Below, in pieces: positions 18,974 to 29,778 of a stretch of DNA of 64,000 nt. Origin of the DNA: Myxococcota bacterium. GTDB taxonomy: Bacteria; Myxococcota_A; SURF-8. The notes under the pieces are model-generated. The model ran no database searches. It worked only from the letters and a program-made list of their open reading frames with translations, and was not told the DNA's origin. How positions within the stretch are numbered: the first letter of the stretch is position 1; each line of letters opens with the position of its first letter. Position numbers and translations under genes: made by a program. Where the stretch lies: positions 3,328,001 through 3,392,000 of the forward strand of contig OZ223209.1 in the NCBI GenBank assembly GCA_965140415.1. Reading direction: 5' to 3'.

Positions 18974-21748
18974 ATGGCCAGGACAAAGAGGACGGACAGG
19001 AAAAGTGTAAAGACGAAAAAGCCGAAAGATGCTTCCACAGCCAATACGAAGATAGAACGATCTTCTAAAACAGTCTCCGTTGACATCCCCAAGGCTAAAC
19101 CTGAAAGCTCGGGTAAGAAAGCCCCCAAAACGACCAATCCAAAAGCGTCCGCCCTTCGCACTAAAGAAAGCAATAGCATCCACAACGATTCCCGCTCCTT
19201 CCCCATCGTCGGCATTGGCGCATCTGCCGGAGGATTGGAGGCTCTGGAGCAGTTTTTAGGCGGCGTGCCGAAGGATTGCTGGATGGCCTTCGTCATCGTG
19301 CAGCATCTGGATCCCGACCACAAGGGCATCATGCCCGAACTCCTGCAGCGCATCACGAAAATGAAGGTGCGCCAGGTCAAGGACCGCATGCCCGTCGAGC
19401 CGGATTGCGTGTACGTCATCCCTCCCAACCGGAACATGTCGATCCTGCACGGCGTACTGTACTTGCTTGAGCCCACCGCCCGGCGTGGACTGCGCCTGCC
19501 GATCGATTTCTTTCTGCGCTCGCTGGCCGACGACCAGCAGGACAACAGCATCGGGGTGATCCTTTCCGGCATGGGCTCGGACGGCACACTTGGCTTGCGG
19601 GCCATCAAGGAAAAGGCCGGGCTGGCGCTTGCGCAGGAGCCGGGATCGGCTAAGTTCGACGGCATGCCGCACAGCGCGATAGAAGCCGGACTGGCCGATA
19701 TTGTCGCGCCAGCCAACGAACTACCAGAAAAGATCATCGCCTATCTGAAACACGCACCATTGGTGAAAACCGGAGCGGCGACGGTCGTGGACGACAAGAC
19801 CCAGAGCTCGCTGGACAAGGTCGTGATCCTGCTGCGGTCGCGGACAGGCAACGATTTCTCGCATTACAAAAAAAGCACGCTGTACCGGCGCATCGAGCGG
19901 CGCATGGGTATTCACCAGATAATCAAAATCAACATGTATGTCCGCTATCTTCAAGAAAACCCGAATGAACTGGATCTGCTGTTCAAGGAACTGCTGATCG
20001 GCGTGACGAACTTCTTCCGCGATGCGGATGTCTGGGAGAAGCTGAAAACGGAGATCATCCCAGCGCTGTTGAAGAACCGGCGTACCGGACAGGCGCTCCG
20101 GGCCTGGGCGCCCGGCTGCTCGACGGGCGAGGAAGCCTACTCGCTGGCCATCGTGTTCAAGGAGGCGCTGGAAACGCTCAAGGTTAAAAACGGCTTTTCC
20201 TTGCAGGTTTTCGCCACCGACCTGGACCCGGACGCCATCGACAAGGCCCGGGCGGGCGCTTTTCCAGTTAACATCACTGCCGACGTCTCGCCGGAGCGGC
20301 TGGACCGCTTTTTCACGAAAGAAGAAGGTCGGTATCGGGTAAGCAAAGAGATACGCGAAATGGTGATCTTCGCCCCGCAGAACGTGATCATGGATCCTCC
20401 ATTTACCAAACTTGATATCCTCACCTGCCGCAACCTGCTGATTTATCTGAGCGCCGAGCTACAGAAAAAGCTGTTGCCACTGTTTCATTACAGCCTGAAT
20501 CCCGGCGGCGTACTGCTGCTTGGGAGTGCGGAGACCATCGGAAACTTCACGGATCGGTTTGCGCCGCTGGATAGCAGGCTGAAGTTGTATCAACGTCGGG
20601 AAAGCGCGCTGTCCGTCACGCCCGTTGAATTCCCATCCGCCTTTGTCGCTATGCCGAAAACTGCAACGGAGAAAGTCACTATGGGAACCCCCCCTGCCAA
20701 TCTAGAGTCCCTGGCCGAACAACTCATCCTGCAACGCTATTCCCCGGCGGCCGTGTTGGTGAACGCGCAGGGCGACATTCTGTACATCAGCACCCGGACG
20801 GGAAAATACCTGGAACCGCCGGTGGGCAAGGCCAATCTGAACATCTTCGCCATGGCGCGTGAAGGATTGCGCCACGAATTGTCCGGCGCTTTCAGCAAAG
20901 CACTCCGGCAAAAAGCCGACGTCATGATCCGAAACCTGAAAGTGGGAACCAACGGCGGAACGCAGGTCGTAGATCTGACCATTCAGCCGCTTTCGTCGCC
21001 GGAGGCGTTGAACGGGATGGCGTTGATTGTGTTCTCCGATGTCGCATCGCTTCCGCAGCAGAAAAGGTCAGGGCGCGCCAAATCCAAGCCGGTCGATGCC
21101 TCGCGGGTTGCGGAACTGGAGGAAGAGGCGCAACGGCTGCGCGAGGAGTTGCACAGCACGCGCGAGGAGATGCAGAGCTCGCACGAAGAATTGAAATCGG
21201 CCAACGAGGAGTTGCAATCGACGAATGAGGAATTGCAGTCCACCAACGAAGAATTGACCACCTCCAAAGAAGAGATGCAGTCGCTCAATGAAGAGTTGCA
21301 GACGGTCAACGCCGAATTGCAATCGAAGCTGGACGACCTTTCGCGGGCCAACAACGACATGACCAACCTGCTCAACAGCACGGAAATCGCCACAGTATTT
21401 TTGGACGGCAAACTGAATGTACGGCGCTTCACCGAACCGGCGACCAAAATCATCAAGCTGATTCCGGGCGATGTGGGGCGTCCGTTGAGTGATCTTGTCA
21501 CCGACCTGAACTACACGGATTTGTCGGACGATGCTCACGATGTGTTACGGACCCTGGTGTTTTCGGAAAAACAGGTCGCCACCAGCGATGGGCGCTGGTT
21601 TACGGTGCGCATCATGCCGTACCGCACGACGGATAACGTCATCGACGGGCTGGTCATCACTTTCCTTGATATCAGCGCGGCAAAAGAACTTGAGACCAGA
21701 CTGCGGGAGAATTCCTCAGCAGGAGCGGCGAAGGGGTCCAAACCATGA
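18974..21748 (+). CDS. CheB methylesterase/CheR methyltransferase/PAS fusion
   Basis: GIGASAGG, VQHLDP, LSGMGSDG, IGVTNFFRD, GCSTGEEAYS, CRNLLIY, EELQS heptads, C-terminal PAS. Confidence 0.93.
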   Translation: MARTKRTDRKSVKTKKPKDASTANTKIERSSKTVSVDIPKAKPESSGKKAPKTTNPKASALRTKESNSIHNDSRSFPIVGIGASAGGLEALEQFLGGVPKDCWMAFVIVQHLDPDHKGIMPELLQRITKMKVRQVKDRMPVEPDCVYVIPPNRNMSILHGVLYLLEPTARRGLRLPIDFFLRSLADDQQDNSIGVILSGMGSDGTLGLRAIKEKAGLALAQEPGSAKFDGMPHSAIEAGLADIVAPANELPEKIIAYLKHAPLVKTGAATVVDDKTQSSLDKVVILLRSRTGNDFSHYKKSTLYRRIERRMGIHQIIKINMYVRYLQENPNELDLLFKELLIGVTNFFRDADVWEKLKTEIIPALLKNRRTGQALRAWAPGCSTGEEAYSLAIVFKEALETLKVKNGFSLQVFATDLDPDAIDKARAGAFPVNITADVSPERLDRFFTKEEGRYRVSKEIREMVIFAPQNVIMDPPFTKLDILTCRNLLIYLSAELQKKLLPLFHYSLNPGGVLLLGSAETIGNFTDRFAPLDSRLKLYQRRESALSVTPVEFPSAFVAMPKTATEKVTMGTPPANLESLAEQLILQRYSPAAVLVNAQGDILYISTRTGKYLEPPVGKANLNIFAMAREGLRHELSGAFSKALRQKADVMIRNLKVGTNGGTQVVDLTIQPLSSPEALNGMALIVFSDVASLPQQKRSGRAKSKPVDASRVAELEEEAQRLREELHSTREEMQSSHEELKSANEELQSTNEELQSTNEELTTSKEEMQSLNEELQTVNAELQSKLDDLSRANNDMTNLLNSTEIATVFLDGKLNVRRFTEPATKIIKLIPGDVGRPLSDLVTDLNYTDLSDDAHDVLRTLVFSEKQVATSDGRWFTVRIMPYRTTDNVIDGLVITFLDISAAKELETRLRENSSAGAAKGSKP

Positions 21749-23478
21749 CCAATAAGAAAAAAACAATATTGGACCCAGTCGAGCTTCGCCGCCGGGCAGA
21801 AGACAAACTAAAAGAAAAGACAAGCGCCTCGACCCCATCGGAGGAAGCGGATGTCCGCAAGCTCCTCCATGAAATGCAAGTCCATCAGATTGAACTGGAG
21901 TTGCAGAACGAGGAGCTTCGGGCGGCGCAACAGGAACTGGAAGCAACCCGCGACCGATATGCCGATCTCTACGATTTTGCGCCGGTGGGTTATTGCACCC
22001 TCGATGAAAAGGGCATCATCCTGGAAGCCAACCTGACCGCCGCCACCTTGCTCGGCGTGGAGCGAGGCAAGCTGATCAAGCAACCGATCACGCGTTTCAT
22101 CCTCAAAGCCGACCAGAATATGTATTATCATCACAGGCAGCAGCTATTCGATACCGGCGAACCACAGTCCTGCGAACTCCGGATGTTGAAACAGGATGGG
22201 ACGGAGTTCTGGGGAAATCTGTCGGGAAGCATCAGCCTCGACGCAGATGAGTCTCCCGTATATCGCATATCGATAAACGACATCACCGAACGTAAACGGA
22301 TTGACCAGCAGATCCACTATCTCAAGAAAGCCGAAAGTCTGAAACGCATGGCGGGCGCCATCGCCCACCGTTACAATAATTTGATGACCGCAGTGATGGG
22401 GAATCTTGAGCTGACTCTGGATAATTTATCGAAGGATTCCAACCTTCGTGAACAACTGACGGAAGCCATGGGTGCGGCCCGAAGTGCATCCGATCTGGGC
22501 GGTACGATGTTGGCGTACCTGGGCCAGACGGTGGCTCTGCGTCTACCGCTGGACCTTTGCGACATCTGCCATCAGGAGCTTCCCTCGGTTAAGACCGCTT
22601 TGCCGGAAAACGTGGCATTGAAGACCGATCTACCCACCATTGGGCCGTCGATTATGGCAAACTCATCCCAGATTCGACAAATCCTTCACAACCTGATCGT
22701 CAATGCATGGGAATCGCTGGAAGGTCAGCCGGGCGAGATATTCCTCGTCGTCAAAACCGTTCGCCCGACTGACATACCTGTTATCAACCGACTGCCGATC
22801 GATTTCCTGATTGAAGACGCTGATTACGCCTGCCTGGAGATTGCGGACACCGGATGCGGGATACCGGAAAAGGTATACGAAAACATCTTTGATCCTTTCT
22901 TTACGACCAAATTTGCCGGTCGTGGACTGGGTCTGGCCGTTGCACTCAGCGCCATCAGGGTTCATGGCGGCTGCATCACTTCGACAAGCACAGAAAAGCG
23001 CGGGAGCGTTTTCCGTGTGTTTCTGCCGATGACGATCGAGCCGGTCCTTCGCCCCGAGGAGGACTCCTTGCGGAAAGCGACGGCCTTGAGCGATGGAGGA
23101 ACCGTGTTGTTCATTGACGACCAGCCAGCGGCTCGACGTATCGGTTCCATCATGCTCAAGCGTCTCGGCTTCAAGGCTATTGAAGCTGAAGACGGCATCC
23201 AGGCCATTGAACTCTTCAGGGAGTGTCAGGACGAAATCCGTTGTGTATTGTCCGATCTGACCATGCCCCGGATGAACGGTTGGGAGACATTGGAGGCGTT
23301 ACGCCGAATAGCACCCAACATCCCGGTCATTCTGACCAGTGGGTATGACCAAACCCATGTGCTGAAAGGAATGCATCCCGAAATGCCGCAAGCATTCCTG
23401 CATAAGCCGTATCTAGCGGCTGATCTGAAAATCGCGCTGGTCAAAGCGTTGTCTTTGAATAACCTGCCTGAGAAATAG
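21745..23478 (+). CDS. PAS hybrid sensor histidine kinase/receiver
   Basis: [11 protein letters not shown]-box, [30 protein letters not shown] receiver; ATGA overlap with cheBR. Confidence 0.92.
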   Translation: MTNKKKTILDPVELRRRAEDKLKEKTSASTPSEEADVRKLLHEMQVHQIELELQNEELRAAQQELEATRDRYADLYDFAPVGYCTLDEKGIILEANLTAATLLGVERGKLIKQPITRFILKADQNMYYHHRQQLFDTGEPQSCELRMLKQDGTEFWGNLSGSISLDADESPVYRISINDITERKRIDQQIHYLKKAESLKRMAGAIAHRYNNLMTAVMGNLELTLDNLSKDSNLREQLTEAMGAARSASDLGGTMLAYLGQTVALRLPLDLCDICHQELPSVKTALPENVALKTDLPTIGPSIMANSSQIRQILHNLIVNAWESLEGQPGEIFLVVKTVRPTDIPVINRLPIDFLIEDADYACLEIADTGCGIPEKVYENIFDPFFTTKFAGRGLGLAVALSAIRVHGGCITSTSTEKRGSVFRVFLPMTIEPVLRPEEDSLRKATALSDGGTVLFIDDQPAARRIGSIMLKRLGFKAIEAEDGIQAIELFRECQDEIRCVLSDLTMPRMNGWETLEALRRIAPNIPVILTSGYDQTHVLKGMHPEMPQAFLHKPYLAADLKIALVKALSLNNLPEK

Positions 23479-23578
23479 CCATGACAAGAAGGAGCCGAAA
23501 GGCAACACTGCCGAACTCTATTGCCAAGCAAAATGTGGTTGGAAAGTAGGTCGAACGGAGATCAATCTTTTTTCCGGG

Positions 23579-24229
23579 TCATTTCTTTCGTTTCTTCAAA
23601 GCTTCTTTGAGTTTCACAACTTGCCGTTCAAGATCATCATGAGAGCGTTGAAGGTTCTCCTCGGCCTGTCGTCGAAGAGTGATGTCCCTGATAATCATTC
23701 GGTATTGACTGATTGTGTCAGTTTCGGTGACGGGAGCACACAGCAATTCAGCGACAAACGAAGTCCCATCTTTTCTCTGGATTCGGACATCGCAGGACTG
23801 GGACGCACCCGTTGAGAATACGATTCTATGACATTGAAGAAACGCGGCCTGATCGTCTTTCAAAATGAAACGATGGAATGGCTTCCCGAGGAAAGCGAGC
23901 CGCCCGACACCCAGCATACCCGCGCTCTTCAGGTTGGCTTCATCGACGATCCCGTCCCGGTTGATCGTTAAATACCCGACCGGAGAGAAGTGATACAATT
24001 CCTCGAATTTGTTGCGGGCGGTTTCAAGTTCTGCCTGGGTATTCAAAAGCTCCTGATTCTGCATCTCCAACTCGATCTGGTGAACTTTCAGTTCGTGCAG
24101 CAGGCGCTGCATTTCCTCGAAGGACACGAGAGCATCCGGCTTTTCCGAGGACTTCCGGCGCGCTAGCTTCTTCTCCGCCTTTTGCCGTAATTCGGCAGTT
24201 GTCTTCACATCGGAATTATTTCTTTTCAT
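23579..24229 (-). CDS. PAS-domain protein without output domain
   Basis: LLHELKVHQIELEMQN coiled coil plus PAS (SPVGY...IRDIT), similar to the N-terminus of the adjacent kinase. Confidence 0.8.
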   Translation of the reverse strand: MKRNNSDVKTTAELRQKAEKKLARRKSSEKPDALVSFEEMQRLLHELKVHQIELEMQNQELLNTQAELETARNKFEELYHFSPVGYLTINRDGIVDEANLKSAGMLGVGRLAFLGKPFHRFILKDDQAAFLQCHRIVFSTGASQSCDVRIQRKDGTSFVAELLCAPVTETDTISQYRMIIRDITLRRQAEENLQRSHDDLERQVVKLKEALKKRKK

Positions 24230-24380
24230 GAATCTACCTTCATCCAATATTCCTTATTTCTATTCCTGTCAGCCAACGAAATGACAAGTAAACCCATTAT
24301 ATACAAAATAATAGTGCATACATAATCATCATGATTCAAATAACAAATGCCCGAGCAGCCATGAAAGCAGTTTTCAGCAT

Positions 24381-25364
24381 TCAGCGACTAACGCTTTTAA
24401 TAATTGCCTGAAACGAGTTGATCTTTGCACGGAAATATTCAGTTGATCTTGGTTCTTCAGAAATAGTTCTCTCCAATGGCTCTATTCTGCGATTCCTTTT
24501 CGATTTCGGTTTCTGAAAGCGGGCTGGCGGACGCTCCGGATCGTCAAAATAGGCGATCAAGTCGTTTGCGAACAGATTGGGAACATCGAGTTGTGCATAA
24601 TGGCCGCATCCTGGATAGGTCGTGAGAGTAATGCCCTCCGACCGCGCTACGGTCTCCTCGCCATGCCGGACCGGGATAAAGGGGTCTTTCGCTCCCCAGA
24701 ATAACGCGACAGGAGGCATCTCTGCGATCTCATGAGCCCGTTGAATCGTCTGCATATACTGACCGAATATATTGATGACACCTTCAAGGGTACGCTGAAA
24801 GGCGCGATCCGTACCGGGAATGCGGATCATTCGCAAGAAGAGTTCCTGTTCTTCCCGCTCCATATGTCCGTACAATTGAGGGGCGTATCGCAGAGCAAGC
24901 GGAACGGCGATGTGTAGCAGTCTGGGGGCTAATACTTTGCCAAGTACGGGAAAGAATGCCAGACGCATGCCCGGCGCCACGGCGCGGCCAAGCCCGCCTG
25001 ACGAAACGAGGGCCAAACGATCTACCTTTGGTCGGTGATCGAGGAGTAACCATTGCGCGACCCCGCCTCCATAGGAATGGCCACACACATGGGCGGTTTG
25101 GACTCCTATGGCTTCCATCCACGCAGCCACCATTCCGGCATGCCATTCCAGCGTGTAAGGAGCATCCGGTCGTCCCGATAACCCATGACCGGGAAGATCC
25201 GGCATCAATACGCGGAAATTCATGGCAAGCAACGGAGCAACGCGACGCCAGGTGCGGTGAGAATCGTAAAGTCCATGAAGGAGAACCAGGGGATAACCGG
25301 AACCCATTTCACCCCATGCAATGGATACACCATCAACATCTGTATTATGCAGTATCTGTTTCAT
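24381..25364 (-). CDS. Alpha/beta hydrolase
   Basis: LLHG, DLPGHG.S, GHSYGG nucleophile elbow, WGAKD, GH. Confidence 0.9.
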   Translation of the reverse strand: MKQILHNTDVDGVSIAWGEMGSGYPLVLLHGLYDSHRTWRRVAPLLAMNFRVLMPDLPGHGLSGRPDAPYTLEWHAGMVAAWMEAIGVQTAHVCGHSYGGGVAQWLLLDHRPKVDRLALVSSGGLGRAVAPGMRLAFFPVLGKVLAPRLLHIAVPLALRYAPQLYGHMEREEQELFLRMIRIPGTDRAFQRTLEGVINIFGQYMQTIQRAHEIAEMPPVALFWGAKDPFIPVRHGEETVARSEGITLTTYPGCGHYAQLDVPNLFANDLIAYFDDPERPPARFQKPKSKRNRRIEPLERTISEEPRSTEYFRAKINSFQAIIKSVSR

Positions 25365-25523
25365 GGGCCATTCCTATCATCGTCATGATTGTTTTCTTTA
25401 ACAGGATTCTCCAGAACACAAAGCTTAACTTGCCATCAAGTGTCATCATAAACTATTACATATCATTTGACTATTAGGAAGATTCGGCTTGTATCTTTGA
25501 GATTATGAAAGTATTATCGACTC

Positions 25524-26441
25524 ATGGAATGGATCAACTACCATCATCTCCTTTACTTCTGGACTGTTGCGAAGGAAGGAAGCATTGTCAAGGCAAGCGA
25601 GGTGCTTCGCCTGGCGCAGCCGACGATCAGCGGCCAGATCAAGCGTTTCGAAGAGGTTCTTGGGGAAAAGCTATTTGAAAAAAAAGGCCGCAATCTGGTT
25701 CTGACCGAGATTGGCCGTCTGGTATTCCGCTATGCCGATGAGATTTTCACCCTCGGGAGAGAGATGCAGGATGTGTTACAGGGCCGTCCTACCAATCGAC
25801 CGCCTAAAATGGTTATTGGGATTTCAAGCTCCTTTCCTCGGCTGATTGCTCACATGCTGCTGGCTCCGACGATCGAACAGCTAGGTCCGATCAATCTCGT
25901 TTGCAGAGAAGACAAGCCGAAACTATTATTGGCCGAACTGGCTATTCACAATCTCGATCTTGTTTTATCAGATGCTCCGATGGATCCGTCCATCAGAGTC
26001 AAAGCTTATAATCACTTGTTGGGAAAATGCGGACTTACCATTTTTGGAACCGGCGAAATGGTCAAGCGGTACAAGCGAAGTTTTCCGCAGTCCCTTGACG
26101 GCGCTCCGTTTCTTTTACCAACGGAGAATACCGTAATCAGGCAATCCATGGACCAGTGGTTTCTTTCTCGGGAAATCCACCCGCAAATCGTCGGTGAATT
26201 TGAAGACAGCATCCTTTTGAAAGTATTCGCAGAATCAGGCATGGGGCTTTTCGCTGCACCAAGCGTCATAACAAATGAATTGCAGAAACGATATAAAGTC
26301 CGCCCAGTCGGAACGCTGGATGAAGTGCGTGTGCAGTTTTATGCGGTTTCGGTGGAAAAGAAACTAAAGCATCCCGTCCTTGTCGCGATCAACGAAGAAG
26401 CCCGAAAAAAGATATTCGGGAACGGAAACTCGGACCTTTAA
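25524..26441 (+). CDS. nhaR: LysR-family transcriptional activator NhaR
   Basis: MEWINYHHLLYFWTVAKEGSI...QPTISGQI; GEFEDS..LKVF. Confidence 0.85.
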   Translation: MEWINYHHLLYFWTVAKEGSIVKASEVLRLAQPTISGQIKRFEEVLGEKLFEKKGRNLVLTEIGRLVFRYADEIFTLGREMQDVLQGRPTNRPPKMVIGISSSFPRLIAHMLLAPTIEQLGPINLVCREDKPKLLLAELAIHNLDLVLSDAPMDPSIRVKAYNHLLGKCGLTIFGTGEMVKRYKRSFPQSLDGAPFLLPTENTVIRQSMDQWFLSREIHPQIVGEFEDSILLKVFAESGMGLFAAPSVITNELQKRYKVRPVGTLDEVRVQFYAVSVEKKLKHPVLVAINEEARKKIFGNGNSDL

Positions 26442-26459
26442 AAAACATAGGCATTGAGA

Positions 26460-27431
26460 ATGAAAAAGATTGCAGTACTGACGAGCGGGGGCGATGCACC
26501 GGGCATGAATGCGGCGATCAGGGCGGTAGTTCGGGCTAGTGATGACAGGAAGTATGAGGTTTTCGGGATCAAGAGCGGTTTCGCCGGTCTCATCGAAAAT
26601 GATTTCGTAAAGCTTGGACCTCGTGATGTAGGCGGCGTTGTCCAATTGGGTGGCACGCTGTTGGGGAGTGCACGCTGCCCGGAATTCAAGACTGATGCAG
26701 GCCAGCTCAAAGCTCTTGAAAACCTGCATCGACGCGGCATAGACGGGCTTGTAGTCATCGGAGGAAACGGTTCCCAAACCGGTTCTTACGCGCTGGTTCA
26801 GCGAAGCTTTCCCGTAGTGGGAATCGCGTCCACCATAGACAACGATCTGGCGGGCAGTGATATCACCATCGGGGTGGATACCGCGCTGGCCGTCGCCTTG
26901 GAGGCCATCGATCGTCTGAAAGTAACAGCCTCTTCTCATCGCCGGGCTTTTTTGGTCGAGGTCATGGGACGCAATTGCGGCTATTTGGCCTTGGCGGCGG
27001 CAATAGCTGGAGGAGCGGAATCGGTAGTAATTCCCGAAGCAGAGGTTACGCCGGAAGCTGTTGCCAAAGAGCTTTCGGATGCGTACAAGCGCGGCAAGCC
27101 CCATGCATTGGTTGTAATATCAGAGGGTGCACGTCACCGGGCATCGGACATCGCTAGGTATGTAGAGGCTAATCGACACGAACTCGGGTTCGGGGTCAGA
27201 ACAACCACGCTGGGGCACGTTCAGAGAGGCGGCGCGCCCGGTCCCTTTGACCGCCTTCTCGGCAGTCGTTTCGGTCTGGCCGCCGTGGATATGCTGGCAG
27301 AAAACAATCCCGGCGTTCTGGTGGGTTTGTTAGGAGGCGTTGTCACAGCTACGCCTCTGGCTGAGGTGGCGGGACAATCCAAACCACTGGACCAGGAATT
27401 GCTGCGCATGGCTCCGATATTGGCGAGGTGA
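26460..27431 (+). CDS. pfkA: ATP-dependent 6-phosphofructokinase
   Basis: TSGGDAPGMNAA, GGT.LGSAR, TIDND, EVMGR, LGHVQRGG. Confidence 0.93.
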   Translation: MKKIAVLTSGGDAPGMNAAIRAVVRASDDRKYEVFGIKSGFAGLIENDFVKLGPRDVGGVVQLGGTLLGSARCPEFKTDAGQLKALENLHRRGIDGLVVIGGNGSQTGSYALVQRSFPVVGIASTIDNDLAGSDITIGVDTALAVALEAIDRLKVTASSHRRAFLVEVMGRNCGYLALAAAIAGGAESVVIPEAEVTPEAVAKELSDAYKRGKPHALVVISEGARHRASDIARYVEANRHELGFGVRTTTLGHVQRGGAPGPFDRLLGSRFGLAAVDMLAENNPGVLVGLLGGVVTATPLAEVAGQSKPLDQELLRMAPILAR

Positions 27432-27456
27432 GTTTCGCCGTTCGCTCCGATCTTCG

Positions 27457-27582
27457 TTACTCCGTAAAAATGGAGACGTTCTTCGTTTTCTCTTTTTCCT
27501 TCTTTTTGTTTTTCTTCTCTTTCTGTGTGAGTTTGGGTTTATTAATCTTATCTTGTCTTTTCTTTTGATCTTTATTTGACAT
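27457..27582 (-). CDS. 41-aa Lys-rich small protein
   Basis: MSNKDQKKRQDKINKPKLTQKEKKNKKKEKEK...; AAAGGA RBS. Confidence 0.5.
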   Translation of the reverse strand: MSNKDQKKRQDKINKPKLTQKEKKNKKKEKEKTKNVSIFTE

Positions 27583-27653
27583 CTGTTTGTATCCTTTCGC
27601 AGTGTTTCAGATTGTTACAACCTCAAGCTTTCACGATTCTCATTCGCCTGTAA

Positions 27654-27764
27654 TTACCTAGTAATGGAAATGATCAGCCAGACTGCCATAACAAGAAAAG
27701 GTGCTATTACTATCGTAGATACGGCAACAATCGCTTTTTTCGTTATAGCGGACTTGATTTTCAT
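27654..27764 (-). CDS. 36-aa single-TM membrane peptide
   Basis: MKIKSAITKKAIVAVSTIVIAPFLVMAVWLIISITR; GGAG RBS; degenerate paralog at ~39251-39345. Confidence 0.55.
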   Translation of the reverse strand: MKIKSAITKKAIVAVSTIVIAPFLVMAVWLIISITR

Positions 27765-28016
27765 GATTCATCTCCATTTTTATTGTAAGTACAACACATC
27801 TGCTATACTAAACTATAGGTTATGGAATTATTCCAAGTATCCAAAACAGGATGGAAAACGTTACTATCATTAAAATCGATGACATGTTTTTATCCTTTCG
27901 CGGTTCAGTTCACGTCAGTCATGGAACGAGGCCGCAATCTTCTCCTTGCATTGATCTTCCCCTGCAAAGCTTTTATCCTTTTCCGGGGAAGATCATACCG
28001 TTTCGTCCGTTCAGGA

Positions 28017-28211
28017 TCATTTCAGATGAAGCTTATCAAGTTTCTCGATGATCGCCTCTTTGGTGTCTCCAAACTTCTCCTGGATGATGCCGTAGAGCTT
28101 GTCTGCGGAGCCTTCCGCCTTCTTGAAGTCATCGTCCGTGAGTTCGCCCCAGGCTTTCTTCGCTCTTCCCCTGATCTGATCCCACTTGCCTTTCACTTGG
28201 TCCTGGTTCAT
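28017..28211 (-). CDS. CsbD-family stress protein
   Basis: MNQDQVKGKWDQIRGRAKKAWGELTDDD...LYGIIQEKFG; AAGGAG RBS. Confidence 0.9.
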   Translation of the reverse strand: MNQDQVKGKWDQIRGRAKKAWGELTDDDFKKAEGSADKLYGIIQEKFGDTKEAIIEKLDKLHLK

Positions 28212-28230
28212 TTGATTCTCCTTTTCTAAT

Positions 28231-29142
28231 CTACTCGCTGGACGCGTGCGATTCGCGCTCAATGATGATTTCAACGCGGCGGTTGTTGGCTCGCCCCTCG
28301 GCGGATGCGTTATTCCCTATTGGGTTTTTCTCTCCCATCCCGCTGGCCCGAATGCGGTCAGGCGGGTAACCACCGTCAATGAGGTAATTTCGCACGGTAT
28401 CGGCGCGTTGCTGTGAGAGGCTCTGGTTGTAGGATGCCTTGCCCATCGAATCGGTATGGCCTTCGATGATAAGATTGCGCTCGCTTACCGTCCTCAGCGC
28501 TTTTCCAACTTCATCCAGTTTTTTCCTGGCGGCAGGCAGCAGGTAGGATTCATTTGATCCGAATAGAACGCTTCCGGATAGGGTCACAACCAGTCCGCGT
28601 TCATCCTCCTTTACTGCGGCGAGCTTGGCCAGCGCGGCCAGCGCGGCGGTCGTGCGTTTTTCGGAGGCCGCCAATTCCCGTTTAGCCTTAGCCTCTGCCG
28701 CCAGCCTGTCGGCTTCGACTTTATCTTCCCGCGCCCTGTCGGCCGCCTCTCCAAGAGCCTGCTCTCCGCGCGCTTTGGCATCGATCAGGTCTTGTTTTCC
28801 CTGTTCGAGCAATTCGGCTTGTTTCTTCTGATAGGCCGCTTCCGAATTCTCTCTATTGGCCTTATCAGCAGCTCGCTCTCCAAGGGTTGCCGCCAGTTCG
28901 GATTTACGCTGAGCAACATAGGATAAATCCAGCGTTTTGAATGAGTCCGAGTCTTTTTTAAACGACTGCTCAGCTTTAGCAAGCGCCACATTTGCCTTGT
29001 GCAATTCCGCCGGTGCCAGTTTGGCCGCCGGGCCTTCGCTTGCATGCTGGTAGGCCTCACGAGCGCTAATGAGCTCTTCTGGTGTTGCAGTGGCACAGCC
29101 GCTGACTAATAAAACAAGTATCAACAGTTGAAAGAATTTCAT
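28231..29142 (-). CDS. OmpA-family lipoprotein with DUF4398-like N-terminus
   Basis: Lipobox VSGC; IEGHTDS.G...NQ.LS..RA; NNRRVEI. Confidence 0.9.
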   Translation of the reverse strand: MKFFQLLILVLLVSGCATATPEELISAREAYQHASEGPAAKLAPAELHKANVALAKAEQSFKKDSDSFKTLDLSYVAQRKSELAATLGERAADKANRENSEAAYQKKQAELLEQGKQDLIDAKARGEQALGEAADRAREDKVEADRLAAEAKAKRELAASEKRTTAALAALAKLAAVKEDERGLVVTLSGSVLFGSNESYLLPAARKKLDEVGKALRTVSERNLIIEGHTDSMGKASYNQSLSQQRADTVRNYLIDGGYPPDRIRASGMGEKNPIGNNASAEGRANNRRVEIIIERESHASSE

Positions 29143-29162
29143 TGAATTTCCCTTTCTTTAGG

Positions 29163-29522
29163 TTATTGATTATCCTGTTGAAGTTGGCGCACCCGCTCCA
29201 TTGCATTGTTGGCTTCCACTCTCTCGATGTTACTGCGGGATAATGCCACGGCTAATTCGGCATCAGCCTCAGCTCGCATCAGCATCGATACAGCCTGCTC
29301 TTCTTCGCCGTTTTTGTTCAATACCTGGGCGCGTTCCAACTCCTCTTTGGCAAGCTGTAAATGGAGCGAGGCTTGGGGCACTTCGGCTGCTCCAATTTCT
29401 TCGGCGGCGCGAATCCCCGACGTAGATGCCTCTGTACGTAGTGGGGTACTTGCGCATCCGATTACGATTAAGGCACCAAAGGTGACCGCTGCAAATAACA
29501 AAACTCCGATCCTATTTCTCAT
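29163..29522 (-). CDS. DUF4398-like lipoprotein
   Basis: Lipobox IGCAS; LQLAKEEL..A...RAEADAELA. Confidence 0.8.
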   Translation of the reverse strand: MRNRIGVLLFAAVTFGALIVIGCASTPLRTEASTSGIRAAEEIGAAEVPQASLHLQLAKEELERAQVLNKNGEEEQAVSMLMRAEADAELAVALSRSNIERVEANNAMERVRQLQQDNQ

Positions 29523-29595
29523 TAGATTCTCCTTTTATGAGTTGTCTTGCGATTCCCGATCGAAATACTCGCTTGAGATACCGCCTCTTCATTTC

Positions 29596-29778
29596 TTAGA
29601 GCTCACTTTCCTTGTTTTCATTACCTCGTCGGTTACCTTGAAAAACGAGCACTAACGCCATTGTCACCGCAGTTATGATCAATAAATGAGCGTATCCGTT
29701 TAATGTAGTGTTCGTTGCCAAACTCAACATCCATAGCAGAACCAACAAAACAACGATGGACCAATATTTTTGTTTCAT
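29596..29778 (-). CDS. lmo0937/DUF5670-like small membrane protein
   Basis: WSIVVLLVLLWML...G..HLLII; two TM segments. Confidence 0.6.
   Translation of the reverse strand: MKQKYWSIVVLLVLLWMLSLATNTTLNGYAHLLIITAVTMALVLVFQGNRRGNENKESEL

Noticed and set aside
21165-21320. 21-nt tandem repeats (GAAGAATTGCAATCG-like)
   Set aside because: They encode the EELQSxN coiled-coil heptads of the CheB/CheR protein; not CRISPR or another non-coding array
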